A stretch of 59,056 bases of DNA, counting the filler. It is 6 parts of 6 records of this genome, joined end to end, with 100 filler letters (N's around TTAATTAATTAA, not from the genome) between each part and the next. Parts side by side here need not be neighbours in the genome. Positions count along the whole stretch, not along the records: positions 10,824 to 19,524 come from SRR31156797_12137; positions 19,625 to 28,907 come from SRR31156797_12144; 4 more parts are not named here. One strand, written 5' to 3'. Every line of letters starts with the position of its first letter. Within the stretch, counting starts at the first letter, position 1. Both the position numbers and the translations under genes were made by a program. This document shows positions 18,967 to 29,007 of this stretch, piece by piece. The notes beneath the pieces are model-generated. The model did no database searches and had not been told where the DNA came from. It was given only the letters and a program-made list of their open reading frames with translations.

Positions 18967-19046
18967 CAAATAAGAGAATAGAGATGATACTAAAAACTGC
19001 AGCTACTTTAAGGGTGAATTTTATGAAATATTGATGCGGAGAACCA

Positions 19047-19070
19047 GGGCGAGCGACCGCTAGCCCCTAC
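19047..19070 (-). repeat. GTAG-type REP
   Basis: Reverse complement GTAGGGGCTAGCGGTCGCTCGCCC. Confidence 0.75.
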
Positions 19071-19100
19071 AGGGGAATTTAACCAGAATAGAGGGATAGA

Positions 19101-19346
19101 ATGATGTGTTTGAATAGATTCGCTGAAATCACTAAAGAGGAAATTTTAGTTTCAGAAAAAATTAGAAAAGAGATAAAAATACATAATTATATTATCATGC
19201 CAAATCATATTCAGTTGTTAATTGAAGTATCTGTAGGGGCTAACGGCAGTTCGCCCAGTTACCAGAAAAATAAAGTAAAACCAAAATTAATTTCATATTG
19301 TCAGGATTTGTTATTTTTCATAATAGGGATAATTAGATTCAAATGA
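19101..19346 (+). pseudogene. Decayed REP-associated tyrosine transposase (RAYT, IS200-like HuH) fragment
   Basis: LNRFAEITKEE...YIIMPNHIQLLI (HuH motif as HIQ), in-frame REP encoding VGANGSSP, N- and C-terminal parts missing. Confidence 0.72.
19233..19256 (+). repeat. GTAG-type REP
   Basis: GTAGGGGCTAACGGCAGTTCGCCC, inverted relative to 19047-19070. Confidence 0.75.
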
Positions 19347-19524
19347 GATGTTTCATTTTGTTAAAAATATAGATAAATTTCATGTTATAATATATCAAAT
19401 CTATAAAATTTCAATATTTTTTAAACCAAAGTCAAATTGATTCTTTTTGACTTAAAAAAATACTCTAAAGCATAATTGAAATTAAAAATGATTTAGGAGG
19501 CGAACCCATTGAAAACAGGAATAC

Positions 19525-19624
19525 NNNNNNNNNNNNNNNNNNNNNNNNNNNNNNNNNNNNNNNNNNNNTTAATTAATTAANNNNNNNNNNNNNNNNNNNN
19601 NNNNNNNNNNNNNNNNNNNNNNNN
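19525..19624. other. Artificial contig spacer
   Basis: N-run/TTAATTAATTAA/N-run. Confidence 0.98.
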
Positions 19625-19730
19625 TGTGCTGTCGGGAGCGATTACCCTTTCCATTGTTCTGGCTACGGTGAGCTGGCTAACCTACAGGGCGGCACGAAGA
19701 AATCCGGTGGAGGCATTGAGGTATGAATAA
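19625..19730 (+). CDS. C-terminus of a MacB/FtsX-like ABC permease (5'-truncated)
   Basis: ...TVSWLTYRAARRNPVEALRYE*, same tail as the downstream paralog. Confidence 0.85.
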
Positions 19731-19804
19731 AATGAAAACCGCATGATAAACAGGTTGAAAAGGCGCAATTATTTAGGTGGTTGTCTTATTTGCAAAATCT
19801 TTCT

Positions 19805-19966
19805 GACCCCATCCTGCCGAGCTTTTCTCGAGCATGCACGAGTCTTTGACTCGGCACCAGCCCTTTCCGCCAGCTGGCGGAGAAGGGAGTCCCCACGCAC
19901 AAGCCACTGCAGCAGCCAGTGCGGTGGCATCCTCTCCGCCGATTGGCGGAGGAGTTAGAGGGGGTC
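19805..19966. repeat. GC-rich multi-hairpin intergenic element (REP/MITE-like)
   Basis: Terminal GACCCC/GGGGTC; internal CCCTTTCCGCCAGCTGGCGGAGAAGGG and CCTCTCCGCCGATTGGCGGAGGAG hairpins. Confidence 0.6.
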
Positions 19967-20049
19967 TCTGAGAAGAAGAATCATTATTTTCAACCAGCAA
20001 AACAGTTACGAAAAAGCATAGATAAAAGGTCTGTAAAAGAAGTAAAAAC

Positions 20050-22443
20050 ATGATTCAAAAAAGCATAAAAATAGCACTTCATCGCCTGATGAGTTCAAGG
20101 GCTTATTCTTCAATAAATATCGGAGGGTTGGCAGTAGCCGTTTCGGTTTGCCTGGCCATATTTTTCTATGTCCATCATCACCTGAGTTTTGATAAACACA
20201 TTCCGGATGGTGAAAATACCTATCGTTTGACTACCCGCTATGGACAAGGCGCTTATAGTACCAACACTTTTGCCTGTTTCGATGAGGTATTGTCGGGGCT
20301 GCCACAAGTATTGTCACACACAACCTGTTACGACAATCATCGTATTGACGAGGTATTTACCGGAGCCAAAAAAATAAAGGTGAACAACGCATTATTTGCC
20401 AAACCTTCATTTTTGGATTTCTTCGGAATTAAAATGATCAGGGGAGAAAAGACTGCTCTTGACAGGCCCAATTCGGTGCTGGTTACGCCCGACTTTGCCA
20501 AAAAGCTTTTTCCGGATTCGGATCCCATCGGACAAACAGTAAGGTTGCGCAGTTTTACAGCAAACCGGGACAGTTTGATTTCCTTTTACATAACGGGTAT
20601 TGTTGAACCGCTGCCTGATAATTCGCACCTCAGGTATGAAATGTTGTTATCCCAAAAAGGGCATTTCGGCCCAACGATTGATATCGTGAAATCGCGTAAG
20701 GTTTTTGGGGGATTAGTTTATCTGAAGCTATTCCCGTCAACAAACATTACCGATCTTGAAAAGAGTTTTCAGACAAAACTTATACCCTATTTAGAAGATG
20801 CGCATGGCCCTCCCCTCGATGTAATCAATCATAAATTACAAGCAGTTTATGATATACATTTTACGCCCGGCCTGAACAATGAAGCTCAGCCCACTATTCG
20901 GCGTTCATCGCTTAATATTTTACTTTTGGTAGGTATGATCATGCTCACCATTGCCATCATGAATTCCGTTATAATTCACATTGCCAGAATCAATTGTAAC
21001 AGGATTCCAACATTGATCATCAGGTTTCATGGGGGTACCAAACTCCATTTATTTGTTCAAACATTTATTGAAGTATTTATTTCCGCTGCAATTGCTTTTG
21101 CCATCGCCATCATCCTGTTGTTGGTATTTAATGATACACTGGCACACAAACTTTTTGCAAACTGGACAATTTCCTTTCAGGACACCTCATTTTTGATATT
21201 TATTTTCAGTTTGTTTTTGGTGGTAACATTATTGATCTCCATGATGAGTTCATCATACCTTCTAAAAAATGAGACCATCCTCAAAGAGGCAACCCGGCCA
21301 AAAGGGATAAAATTAGCCGTTCCGCTTGTTGTCTTTCAATTTATCATGGTTATCGGATTGGTTGGTTTTGCCTTATTGATTAATAAGCAAATGAATTTCG
21401 TTGCAGAAAAGGACCTGGGCTATACCAGTGAAAATGTTCTTGTTCTTAAAGTGCCTCAGCGAAATGCTAAGATTTATCAGTTCAGGACTGAGCTTTTAAA
21501 TATTCCGGGAATAATTAATGCAGGAACTGCACATCACTATCCCGGATACCGACTGCAGGACATGAATTTTACCAGTGGAGGATATACTTTCCCCTTCAAA
21601 TTTGGATTCCTCGATACCGATGCCATCGAAACACTAAATCTAGGAATTGTGGAATATTTTGCTGCATCCGGTCGCGAAGCTACAGATGGATGGCTGATCA
21701 ATGCTACATTTTACAATCAATTGAGGGAAAGATTCACGCATGAGCAAATAGCTACCGGCGATTTTCCGGTTGATGAAAGACAGGAGGAAGGTGAAGGGTT
21801 AACCCAATTTGTTGTACTCGGCGTGATGAAGGATTTTCATTACGCGTCTCTTCATTCGGAGATAGATAATTTCGCCTTTTTTATTCCAGAGCGGGACGTA
21901 AGGTACAACCGGTTTATGCTTGTCAGGATTCTTAACAGCAAAAGCGGGGAAGTAATAAATGCCATCGAAGAGAAGATGGCCGCAATTTACCCCGGCCAAC
22001 CCTTCAATTATTCATTTTTGCAATCAGAACTCAACCAGGAATATGCCTCCGAAAAAACACTATTAAAACTAATAAATGTATTTTCAGTTTTGGCCATACT
22101 TATAGCCTGTATGGGGTTGGTGGGACTTTCGATATTCATGACCGAAAAACGAACCAAGGAAATAGGCATCCGAAAAGTAAACGGTGCCTCTGTTCAAGAA
22201 ATCATGCAAATGCTAAACCTGGTTTTCATTAGATGGGTTGGCATAGCCTTTATTATTGCAACACCGGTTTCGTGGTATGTTGCTGAAATATGGTTACAAA
22301 ACTTCGCTTATAAAACCCAATTGAGCTGGTGGATTTTCATTTTTTCCGGGGTAATTACACTCGGCATAGTAATAATTACTGTGAGCTGGCAAACCTTTAA
22401 GGTAGCCCGCCGAAACCCGGTAGAGGCATTGCGATATGAGTAA
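20050..22443 (+). CDS. MacB/FtsX-like ABC transporter permease
   Basis: INIGGLAV, KDLGY, DFHYASLH, RTKEIGIRKVNGA, NPVEALRYE. Confidence 0.92.
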   Translation: MIQKSIKIALHRLMSSRAYSSINIGGLAVAVSVCLAIFFYVHHHLSFDKHIPDGENTYRLTTRYGQGAYSTNTFACFDEVLSGLPQVLSHTTCYDNHRIDEVFTGAKKIKVNNALFAKPSFLDFFGIKMIRGEKTALDRPNSVLVTPDFAKKLFPDSDPIGQTVRLRSFTANRDSLISFYITGIVEPLPDNSHLRYEMLLSQKGHFGPTIDIVKSRKVFGGLVYLKLFPSTNITDLEKSFQTKLIPYLEDAHGPPLDVINHKLQAVYDIHFTPGLNNEAQPTIRRSSLNILLLVGMIMLTIAIMNSVIIHIARINCNRIPTLIIRFHGGTKLHLFVQTFIEVFISAAIAFAIAIILLLVFNDTLAHKLFANWTISFQDTSFLIFIFSLFLVVTLLISMMSSSYLLKNETILKEATRPKGIKLAVPLVVFQFIMVIGLVGFALLINKQMNFVAEKDLGYTSENVLVLKVPQRNAKIYQFRTELLNIPGIINAGTAHHYPGYRLQDMNFTSGGYTFPFKFGFLDTDAIETLNLGIVEYFAASGREATDGWLINATFYNQLRERFTHEQIATGDFPVDERQEEGEGLTQFVVLGVMKDFHYASLHSEIDNFAFFIPERDVRYNRFMLVRILNSKSGEVINAIEEKMAAIYPGQPFNYSFLQSELNQEYASEKTLLKLINVFSVLAILIACMGLVGLSIFMTEKRTKEIGIRKVNGASVQEIMQMLNLVFIRWVGIAFIIATPVSWYVAEIWLQNFAYKTQLSWWIFIFSGVITLGIVIITVSWQTFKVARRNPVEALRYE

Positions 22444-22963
22444 AATATACTTTGAACGATAATTGGGTTGATTAGGAATAGATGTAATGTTTGAAAAAGA
22501 CGCACAAATTATAAAAATTGCATTGCACCTTCTGATGAATTTAAGGGCCTATTACTCAATAGATATCGGAGATTCTATTTAGGGCCTGCTGAATAACACC
22601 AAATTAATTGATTTACAATATTTTGATTCTCAACCTGCATATTATAAATGCATGGTTTTATGGTATTTGGTTGAAAAAACCCTTGCAGTTACCAGGGTCA
22701 TTTTCTTATTATCTTTCAAATAAAATTTGGTTAGCCTGCTACGTACCATCTTTTTTGTTGGCTTCAGCTTGCAGTATGTCAATACAGCTGCGCTTTGCCG
22801 CCTCAAATATGGTACGCATCAGACTTTTTCAGCAAGCCCTATTTATAAACATTCATAGGCCCAAGAAATCAGCTTTAACATAAGGGAAAGTATCGTTAAG
22901 GAACTAAAAAATAATATTGGTTTTGAGATTTCCGCCCATGGATTCCCTTTTCGTACTATTTCA

Positions 22964-22971
22964 TAGATTTG
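22964..22971 (+). promoter_or_regulatory. Bacteroidota sigma-A -7 element
   Basis: TAGATTTG fits TAnnTTTG, 25 bp before the AraC ATG. Confidence 0.5.
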
Positions 22972-22996
22972 CATCTACGAAATACCAGGCCAACTT

Positions 22997-24082
22997 ATGC
23001 TAAACCTATCCTTGCTTGAAATAATGACTATCATTACAGCTTTTCAGCTGATGATGCTGGGTGTCGTGTTGATGACAAAAAGGAACAGGCCAGGCAATCT
23101 CATACTTATGTTGTACATGTTTGCAAATGCTTTTTTACTGATCTGGTTTTTCATTTCAATTATCAATATTTTCCAGGTTCCTCTCATTTCACCCTTTTAT
23201 TATCTGTTGGGCCCGCTGATCTACCTTTACGTCATATCATTAACCACAAAAAACTTCCGGCTTAATACGTTTCACCTAACGCATGGAATTGTTTTCGTTG
23301 TGATGGCAATTTATGTTACCATTAAACTTTTTTTAATGGTTGGAAAAGCTGATGAGACCTGGAATCATTTTGAGTTCCTGATATCACAATTAATTCTACA
23401 TTTACAAATTACTTTCTACGTATTTATTTCCTTCCGCGCTTTATACCTGTATCGAAAAGAAATTAAGAACCACTATTCCGCTGTTGAACAAATAAACCTT
23501 TCCTGGCTGTTATTAATCCTTGTGGCATTTACCGCAATGTGGCTGGCCGATTTTACCGACTTTATGCTTACGATATTTAAATTGGGATCAGCAACCGCAA
23601 CCCGTACTTTGCTTGTAACATCCATCACAATTAATTTCATATTTGCAAATATCGTTGTTTACAAAGGCCTTCGACAACCGGATGCCTTTAGTGGGTTGAA
23701 AACCCCGGAAAAATATTCGGGATCAAAAATCAAGCTTTCCGAAATTGGTAAGCAGGCAAACAGATTAAAGACCTTTATGCTGGAGAAAAAACCCTACATC
23801 AACCCGAACCTTACAATAAAGGATCTGTCGGAGGAACTCGGCTTAGCCTCTAAATATTTATCCCAGGTGATTAACTCGCAATTCGACCAGAATTTTTATG
23901 ACTTTATTAATAAATACCGTGTAAAAGAAGCCCAGGAAATAATTACAAAAAGTTCCGATGAAAAGTTAACCATACTGGAAATTTCATATGAAGTGGGGTT
24001 TAATTCAAAGTCGGCTTTCAACAATGCCTTCAAAAAAAATACCGGAAAAACCCCTTCAGAATTCAAAAGAAGCTTTTCATGA
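22997..24082 (+). CDS. Membrane-anchored AraC family regulator
   Basis: About 7 N-terminal TM segments; C-terminal HTH (LSQVIN...FYDFINKYRV...EVGFNSKSAFN...GKTPSEF). Confidence 0.92.
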   Translation: MLNLSLLEIMTIITAFQLMMLGVVLMTKRNRPGNLILMLYMFANAFLLIWFFISIINIFQVPLISPFYYLLGPLIYLYVISLTTKNFRLNTFHLTHGIVFVVMAIYVTIKLFLMVGKADETWNHFEFLISQLILHLQITFYVFISFRALYLYRKEIKNHYSAVEQINLSWLLLILVAFTAMWLADFTDFMLTIFKLGSATATRTLLVTSITINFIFANIVVYKGLRQPDAFSGLKTPEKYSGSKIKLSEIGKQANRLKTFMLEKKPYINPNLTIKDLSEELGLASKYLSQVINSQFDQNFYDFINKYRVKEAQEIITKSSDEKLTILEISYEVGFNSKSAFNNAFKKNTGKTPSEFKRSFS

Positions 24083-24217
24083 ACTGTTGTTTAATTGGTC
24101 CTTCCTGTCCGGCGTAAATGACATTTTTTAAAAAAATCGGTTCTGATTCCTGAATCAGGTCGATATTAACAAATTCATTCCTGATTTTTGCAATCTAAAC
24201 TTTAAAATCGAAAGTCC

Positions 24218-25621
24218 ATGAAAACACTATTTATTCTATTGGCGTTTTGTATCACACCTTTTATTACTATTACACCCCAAATTATCCATGTACCACAGGA
24301 TCAGCCAGGAATCCAGCAGGCGATTGATGTTGCCTTGGATCATGATACCATTTTGGTGGATCAGGGAGAGTATTTTGAAAACATAAATTTTTCCGGGAAA
24401 AACTTAGTACTTTGCAGCCATTGGGTACTCACCAATGATTCTGCTGACATCATCAACACCATAATTAATGGCAGTAACCCTGTATATCCAGACACAGGCA
24501 GCTGTGTGCTAATGGTATCAGGTGAAGATTCAACCGCAGTCATACAGGGCTTTACCATTACAGGGGGAACAGGTACACGTTGGGAGGATGAACATGGCGC
24601 CAACAGCTGGTACACCGAAGGTGGCGGCATTTTAATCCAGTACTCCGCTCCTACAATCAAAAATAATATAATTACCGGCAATGAAGCCATCAATGTACCC
24701 CCAGGGACCGTCAGTGCAGGAGGTGGTGCCATTCGGTGTGGAGACGGAAACCCGCATATTTACAACAACATCATTTCAAACAACCAGGGGCGCTATGGCG
24801 GCGGCATAGTGCTGAATTATTCAGGGGCAGATATCAGAAATAATATTATTTCAGGAAATTCCGGTGGTGAGGATTTTGGTGGTGGTGGCTTATGGTTCCT
24901 TTCAAACGGTGCCATGCCAACATTCCTTGAAAATAATACCGTTGTCAATAACTCTTCAGCCCAGGGGGGCGGCGGAATTCGCCTGTGGTCAAGTAGTGCC
25001 ATCCTCACCAATAATATTTTTTGGGGCAATACCGGAGCAAGCACCCCACAAATCCAGGGAAATACCGGTGGAATAAGCTACTGTTGTGTTGAGGGAGGAT
25101 TAACGGGGGAAGGGAATTTTGGAAATGATCCCGGATTTTTAAACAGCTCTTTCATTCTCATGGATGGCTCACCTTGCATTGACGCCGGCAGGCCTGACGC
25201 ATCGTATAACGATCCGGAGGACCCTGAAAATCCCGGCAACGCCTTATTTCCTGCAAAAGGCACACTTCATGCTGATGTCGGAGCTTTTGGCGGTCCAGGT
25301 TGTTTGCCAATCTCCGACCCTGTTACCGGAATTGAACATCTTCCCAAAAAGCAGGACATTGTCAACGTTCATTTATACCCCAATCCGGCAAGTACAGTCG
25401 TCAACATTCGAATTGAAACCCAACAGCCCTCAGCAATAGCAATACAACTTTGTGATACAGGCGCACGGCTTGTAAAAGAACTGGATAACCAATTGATAAA
25501 TGGTGAAGTTGATTTTCAGACTGATATCTCAGATATCAAACCCGGTACATATTTTATCCGGTTAATTACATCCCGGGAGAGCAAGGTGGTGAAATTTATT
25601 AAGGAATCTCCTTCGCAATAG
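24218..25621 (+). CDS. T9SS-secreted right-handed beta-helix protein
   Basis: Signal peptide, repeated GGGI/NNII beta-helix motifs, SPCIDAG, C-terminal YPNP...PGTYFIRL sorting domain. Confidence 0.85.
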   Translation: MKTLFILLAFCITPFITITPQIIHVPQDQPGIQQAIDVALDHDTILVDQGEYFENINFSGKNLVLCSHWVLTNDSADIINTIINGSNPVYPDTGSCVLMVSGEDSTAVIQGFTITGGTGTRWEDEHGANSWYTEGGGILIQYSAPTIKNNIITGNEAINVPPGTVSAGGGAIRCGDGNPHIYNNIISNNQGRYGGGIVLNYSGADIRNNIISGNSGGEDFGGGGLWFLSNGAMPTFLENNTVVNNSSAQGGGGIRLWSSSAILTNNIFWGNTGASTPQIQGNTGGISYCCVEGGLTGEGNFGNDPGFLNSSFILMDGSPCIDAGRPDASYNDPEDPENPGNALFPAKGTLHADVGAFGGPGCLPISDPVTGIEHLPKKQDIVNVHLYPNPASTVVNIRIETQQPSAIAIQLCDTGARLVKELDNQLINGEVDFQTDISDIKPGTYFIRLITSRESKVVKFIKESPSQ

Positions 25622-25768
25622 TGTTTGTTTTCTGGTATAAGAAAAATTCTGTACTTGAACTGCCTGGTTTATAGTAAATGGCCATCCTTGTGAGGATGTT
25701 TATTTCAGATCTTTCTAATCATCAAAAAGCTCATTGTGCAGAATAATCAATAACAGAAAGCGATTGGC

Positions 25769-26800
25769 CTATTTCCTCAACAAGGCTTTGTTGATTTTAC
25801 GTGCGATGAAGGGACCCTCATAAACGAAACCTGTGTAAACCTGCACCAAATCAGCGCCGGCTTCCAGCTTTTCGATGGCATCTTCAGGGGTGAAAATTCC
25901 GCCAACACCAATGATAGGAAAGGCCTTACCTGATTTTTCTGATAAATACCGAATAACTTCAGTGGCTCTTTCCCTGATGGGCCCTCCGCTTAGGCCGCCA
26001 TTTCCGATTTGATGAACTTCCTGATCAGGGGTTGTAAGTCGTTCACGGGAAATAGTGGTATTTGTGGCCACTACCCCATCAATTTTTGTTTCTGCTACGA
26101 TGTCAATGACCTCGTCCAACTGTTTGTTATTCAAATCGGGGGAAACTTTCAACAGGATGGGTTTTGGATTTGAATTTTCGTGGTTGATCCTTTGCAGGCG
26201 ATTCAGAATGGCCAGGAGTTTATCCTGATCCTGGAGCTCCCTGAGGTCGGTAATATTCGGACAACTCACATTCACCACGAAGTAATCCACATAATCGAAC
26301 AATTTTTCAAAACAGATCACATAATCATCAATGGCTTTTTCGTTGGGAGTTGCTGTGTTTTTGCCAATGTTTCCACCGATAATGATATCCGTTTTTCGCT
26401 TTTTGAGGTTTTCAACAGCAGCGTCCACACCGATATTGTTAAAGCCCATACGGTTGATCAATCCATGATCTTTGGGCAACCTGAACAATCGTGGCTTGGG
26501 ATTTCCGGGCTGTCCTTTGGGTGTAATAGTTCCAACTTCCACAAATCCAAATCCAAGATTTGCCAACTGGTTAAACATCACAGCCTGCTTATCAAACCCG
26601 GCAGCAATGCCCACAGGGTTTTTAAACCTCAGCCCAAACACTTCTCTACTGAGTGTAGGGTCAGAAATATCGCTGTAGTTACTCGCAAGCGATGAAATCC
26701 CGGGAATGGAAAATGAAATTTTGAGCCCTGAAACTACCATGTGATGAATGGTTTCAGGTGGAAGATTGAAAAACAACGGCCGGACCAGTGATTTGTACAT
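25769..26800 (-). CDS. pyrD: Quinone-dependent dihydroorotate dehydrogenase
   Basis: [34 protein letters not shown]. Confidence 0.96.
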   Translation of the reverse strand: MYKSLVRPLFFNLPPETIHHMVVSGLKISFSIPGISSLASNYSDISDPTLSREVFGLRFKNPVGIAAGFDKQAVMFNQLANLGFGFVEVGTITPKGQPGNPKPRLFRLPKDHGLINRMGFNNIGVDAAVENLKKRKTDIIIGGNIGKNTATPNEKAIDDYVICFEKLFDYVDYFVVNVSCPNITDLRELQDQDKLLAILNRLQRINHENSNPKPILLKVSPDLNNKQLDEVIDIVAETKIDGVVATNTTISRERLTTPDQEVHQIGNGGLSGGPIRERATEVIRYLSEKSGKAFPIIGVGGIFTPEDAIEKLEAGADLVQVYTGFVYEGPFIARKINKALLRK

Positions 26801-27276
26801 TAGGCTTTATCGGCTTCCGTGGATTTATCTTCTTTTGGAGTTTCTTCAGTTTTTGCTGTTTCCGCTTCTGGTTCAGACTTCTCTTTTTCTTCGGTAAATT
26901 CAACCATACCCTTTGAGAGTAGCAAATTATACCAACTCACCATTTTTTTGATATCGGAAGTATATACACGATCTTCGTCATAATCAGGAAGTACTTCCTT
27001 CATGAAGGCTTTTAGCTCCTTGCCGCCGGCCTTTGGGTCAATGGCTTCTTTGCCCTCAAACTTCTCGTAGATTTTCCTGAAAACATCTTCCAGGGGAACA
27101 TCCTCCTCCACGGTAAAAACGCTGATTTCAGCCAGTGAGCTGATTCGTTCGTGCGCAAATGCAGGGAACCGTTTCCCGTCGATGAGTGATTCTACAATTA
27201 CGCCACTTTTGGCTTGTCCGATATTTTTGAAGAGTCCGGGCTTACCAGCTATCGATAAAATGTCTTTTAAATCCAT
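26800..27276 (-). CDS. DUF5606/DUF6852 conserved Bacteroidota protein
   Basis: [11 protein letters not shown]...[22 protein letters not shown]. Confidence 0.8.
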   Translation of the reverse strand: MDLKDILSIAGKPGLFKNIGQAKSGVIVESLIDGKRFPAFAHERISSLAEISVFTVEEDVPLEDVFRKIYEKFEGKEAIDPKAGGKELKAFMKEVLPDYDEDRVYTSDIKKMVSWYNLLLSKGMVEFTEEKEKSEPEAETAKTEETPKEDKSTEADKA

Positions 27277-27371
27277 ATTTGTTTTAAAATTTTTGGCAAA
27301 ATTAGAAAATAATCTATCCCGATGTAGTAAAAGGTTTTTTCAAACCATTTTAATGCTTTTGTTAAAAACCG

Positions 27372-28733
27372 CTACTCAACGAAAGGGCTGATCCCCGTAT
27401 AATTATGCGGCGAAACCTGCTTCATTTCAGCTTTCACTTCATCCCTCACTTCCAGCGTATCGATGAATTCGTGCAGGCTTTCTTTGGTTACTTTTTCGCC
27501 GGTCCGTGTGAGGTTTTTCAAGGCCCCATAGGGATCAGGATAGCTTTCACGACGTAAGATCGTTTGGATGGCTTCAGCCACAACAGCCCAGTTATTTTCC
27601 AAATCCTCATGAAGCTTTGCCTCGTTCAGTATAATCTTGTCGAGTCCTTTAAGCAATGATTGATATGAAATGATGGAATGTGCAATCGGTACACCAATAT
27701 TGCGGGTAACCGTCGAATCGGTCAGGTCGCGCTGTAGGCGCGAAACCGGTAATTTTGCCGACAGATGCTCAAACATCGAATTGGCTACGCCAAGATTTCC
27801 CTCTGCATTTTCAAAGTCAATGGGATTCACTTTATGCGGCATAGCCGATGAACCCACTTCGCCTTCTTTAATTTTCTGCTTAAAATAATCCAACGAAATG
27901 TAGCTCCACACATCCCGGCACAGATCGAACAGGATGGTATTGATCCTTTTCATTCCATCGAAGTAAGCTGACAGGTTATCGTATTGGGCAATTTGTGTGG
28001 TTACAGGCTGCCGCTCCAATCCAAGTTTTGTGCGAAGAAAAGCATTGGCAAAATCCACCCAGTCCACCTCAGGGTATGCGACATGATGTGCATTGAAATT
28101 TCCTGTGGCACCACCAAACTTTCCCGAAAAAGGAATTACCCGCAATAAACTAACCTGTTGTTCAAGCCTGTCGTTAAACACAAACAACTCTTTTCCCAAT
28201 GTTGTTGGACTTGCCGGCTGACCGTGGGTCCGGGCCAACATCGGAACATTTTTCCATTGGAAAGACAGCTCGTATAACTTATGCTGAATTTCTTCAAGTA
28301 ACGGCCAAACTTCATTTCTTTGGGCATCCCGCATCAACATCGGCAAGGCAGTATTATTGATATCCTGAGAGGTTAGGCCGAAGTGTATAAACTCCTTGTA
28401 TTTACCCAGTCCCAATTCATCAAATTTATCCCTCAGGTAATATTCAACGGCTTTCACATCGTGGTTTGTAACAGATTCGATTTCCTTAACTTTCCGGGCA
28501 TCTTTTTTCTTAAAGGTTTCATAGATAGATCGAAGCCTGGCAAAATTTGAAAAATCAAAGTCATCAAGCTCTGGTAACGGATAAGTACACAGGCTGATGA
28601 AATATTCAACCTCAACCATGATGCGGTACTTGATTAGCGCAGCTTCAGAGAAGTAATTTTTCAGATTTTCAGTTTTGTTTTTGTAACGGCCATCCACGGG
28701 AGATACAGCCCAAAGTTCATTATTTTCTTTCAT
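27372..28733 (-). CDS. purB: Adenylosuccinate lyase
   Basis: SPVDGRY, TNHDVKAVEY, ARTHGQPASPT, GSSAMPHKVNPIDFENAEGN; probable start MKENNE. Confidence 0.97.
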   Translation of the reverse strand: MKENNELWAVSPVDGRYKNKTENLKNYFSEAALIKYRIMVEVEYFISLCTYPLPELDDFDFSNFARLRSIYETFKKKDARKVKEIESVTNHDVKAVEYYLRDKFDELGLGKYKEFIHFGLTSQDINNTALPMLMRDAQRNEVWPLLEEIQHKLYELSFQWKNVPMLARTHGQPASPTTLGKELFVFNDRLEQQVSLLRVIPFSGKFGGATGNFNAHHVAYPEVDWVDFANAFLRTKLGLERQPVTTQIAQYDNLSAYFDGMKRINTILFDLCRDVWSYISLDYFKQKIKEGEVGSSAMPHKVNPIDFENAEGNLGVANSMFEHLSAKLPVSRLQRDLTDSTVTRNIGVPIAHSIISYQSLLKGLDKIILNEAKLHEDLENNWAVVAEAIQTILRRESYPDPYGALKNLTRTGEKVTKESLHEFIDTLEVRDEVKAEMKQVSPHNYTGISPFVE

Positions 28734-28857
28734 AGTTTTTGCGTGTAAATTGTTGGACAAATTTCGCATTTCGCCTGAAACAGCAACATAATTCTCACTA
28801 AAAATATCTTAATATTTGGAAGATGAGTATTGCAAAGGGGAGATTGTGGCAAAGTAT

Positions 28858-28907
28858 GCGACTTTAAAGGCTTGAGTGAACTAGGCGACTTAAGGGACTT
28901 TAGCGAA
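28858..28907 (+). repeat. Degenerate 9-bp tandem repeat at contig end
   Basis: GCGACTTTA AAGGCTTGA GTGAACTAG GCGACTTAA GGGACTTTA GCGAA. Confidence 0.45.
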
Positions 28908-29007
28908 NNNNNNNNNNNNNNNNNNNNNNNNNNNNNNNNNNNNNNNNNNNNTTAATTAATTAANNNNNNNNNNNNNNNNNNNNNNNNNNNNNNNNNNNNN
29001 NNNNNNN
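28908..29007. other. Artificial contig spacer
   Basis: N-run/TTAATTAATTAA/N-run. Confidence 0.98.

Noticed and set aside
19743-20051. 71-aa and 92-aa ORFs
   Set aside because: They are read through the GC-rich palindromic element and have no protein features.
22608-22883. 91-aa ORF in the permease-AraC intergenic region
   Set aside because: TTG start, no motifs and no supporting context.
28858-28907. Possible CRISPR array
   Set aside because: Units are 9 bp, degenerate and have no spacers; no cas genes anywhere in the window.
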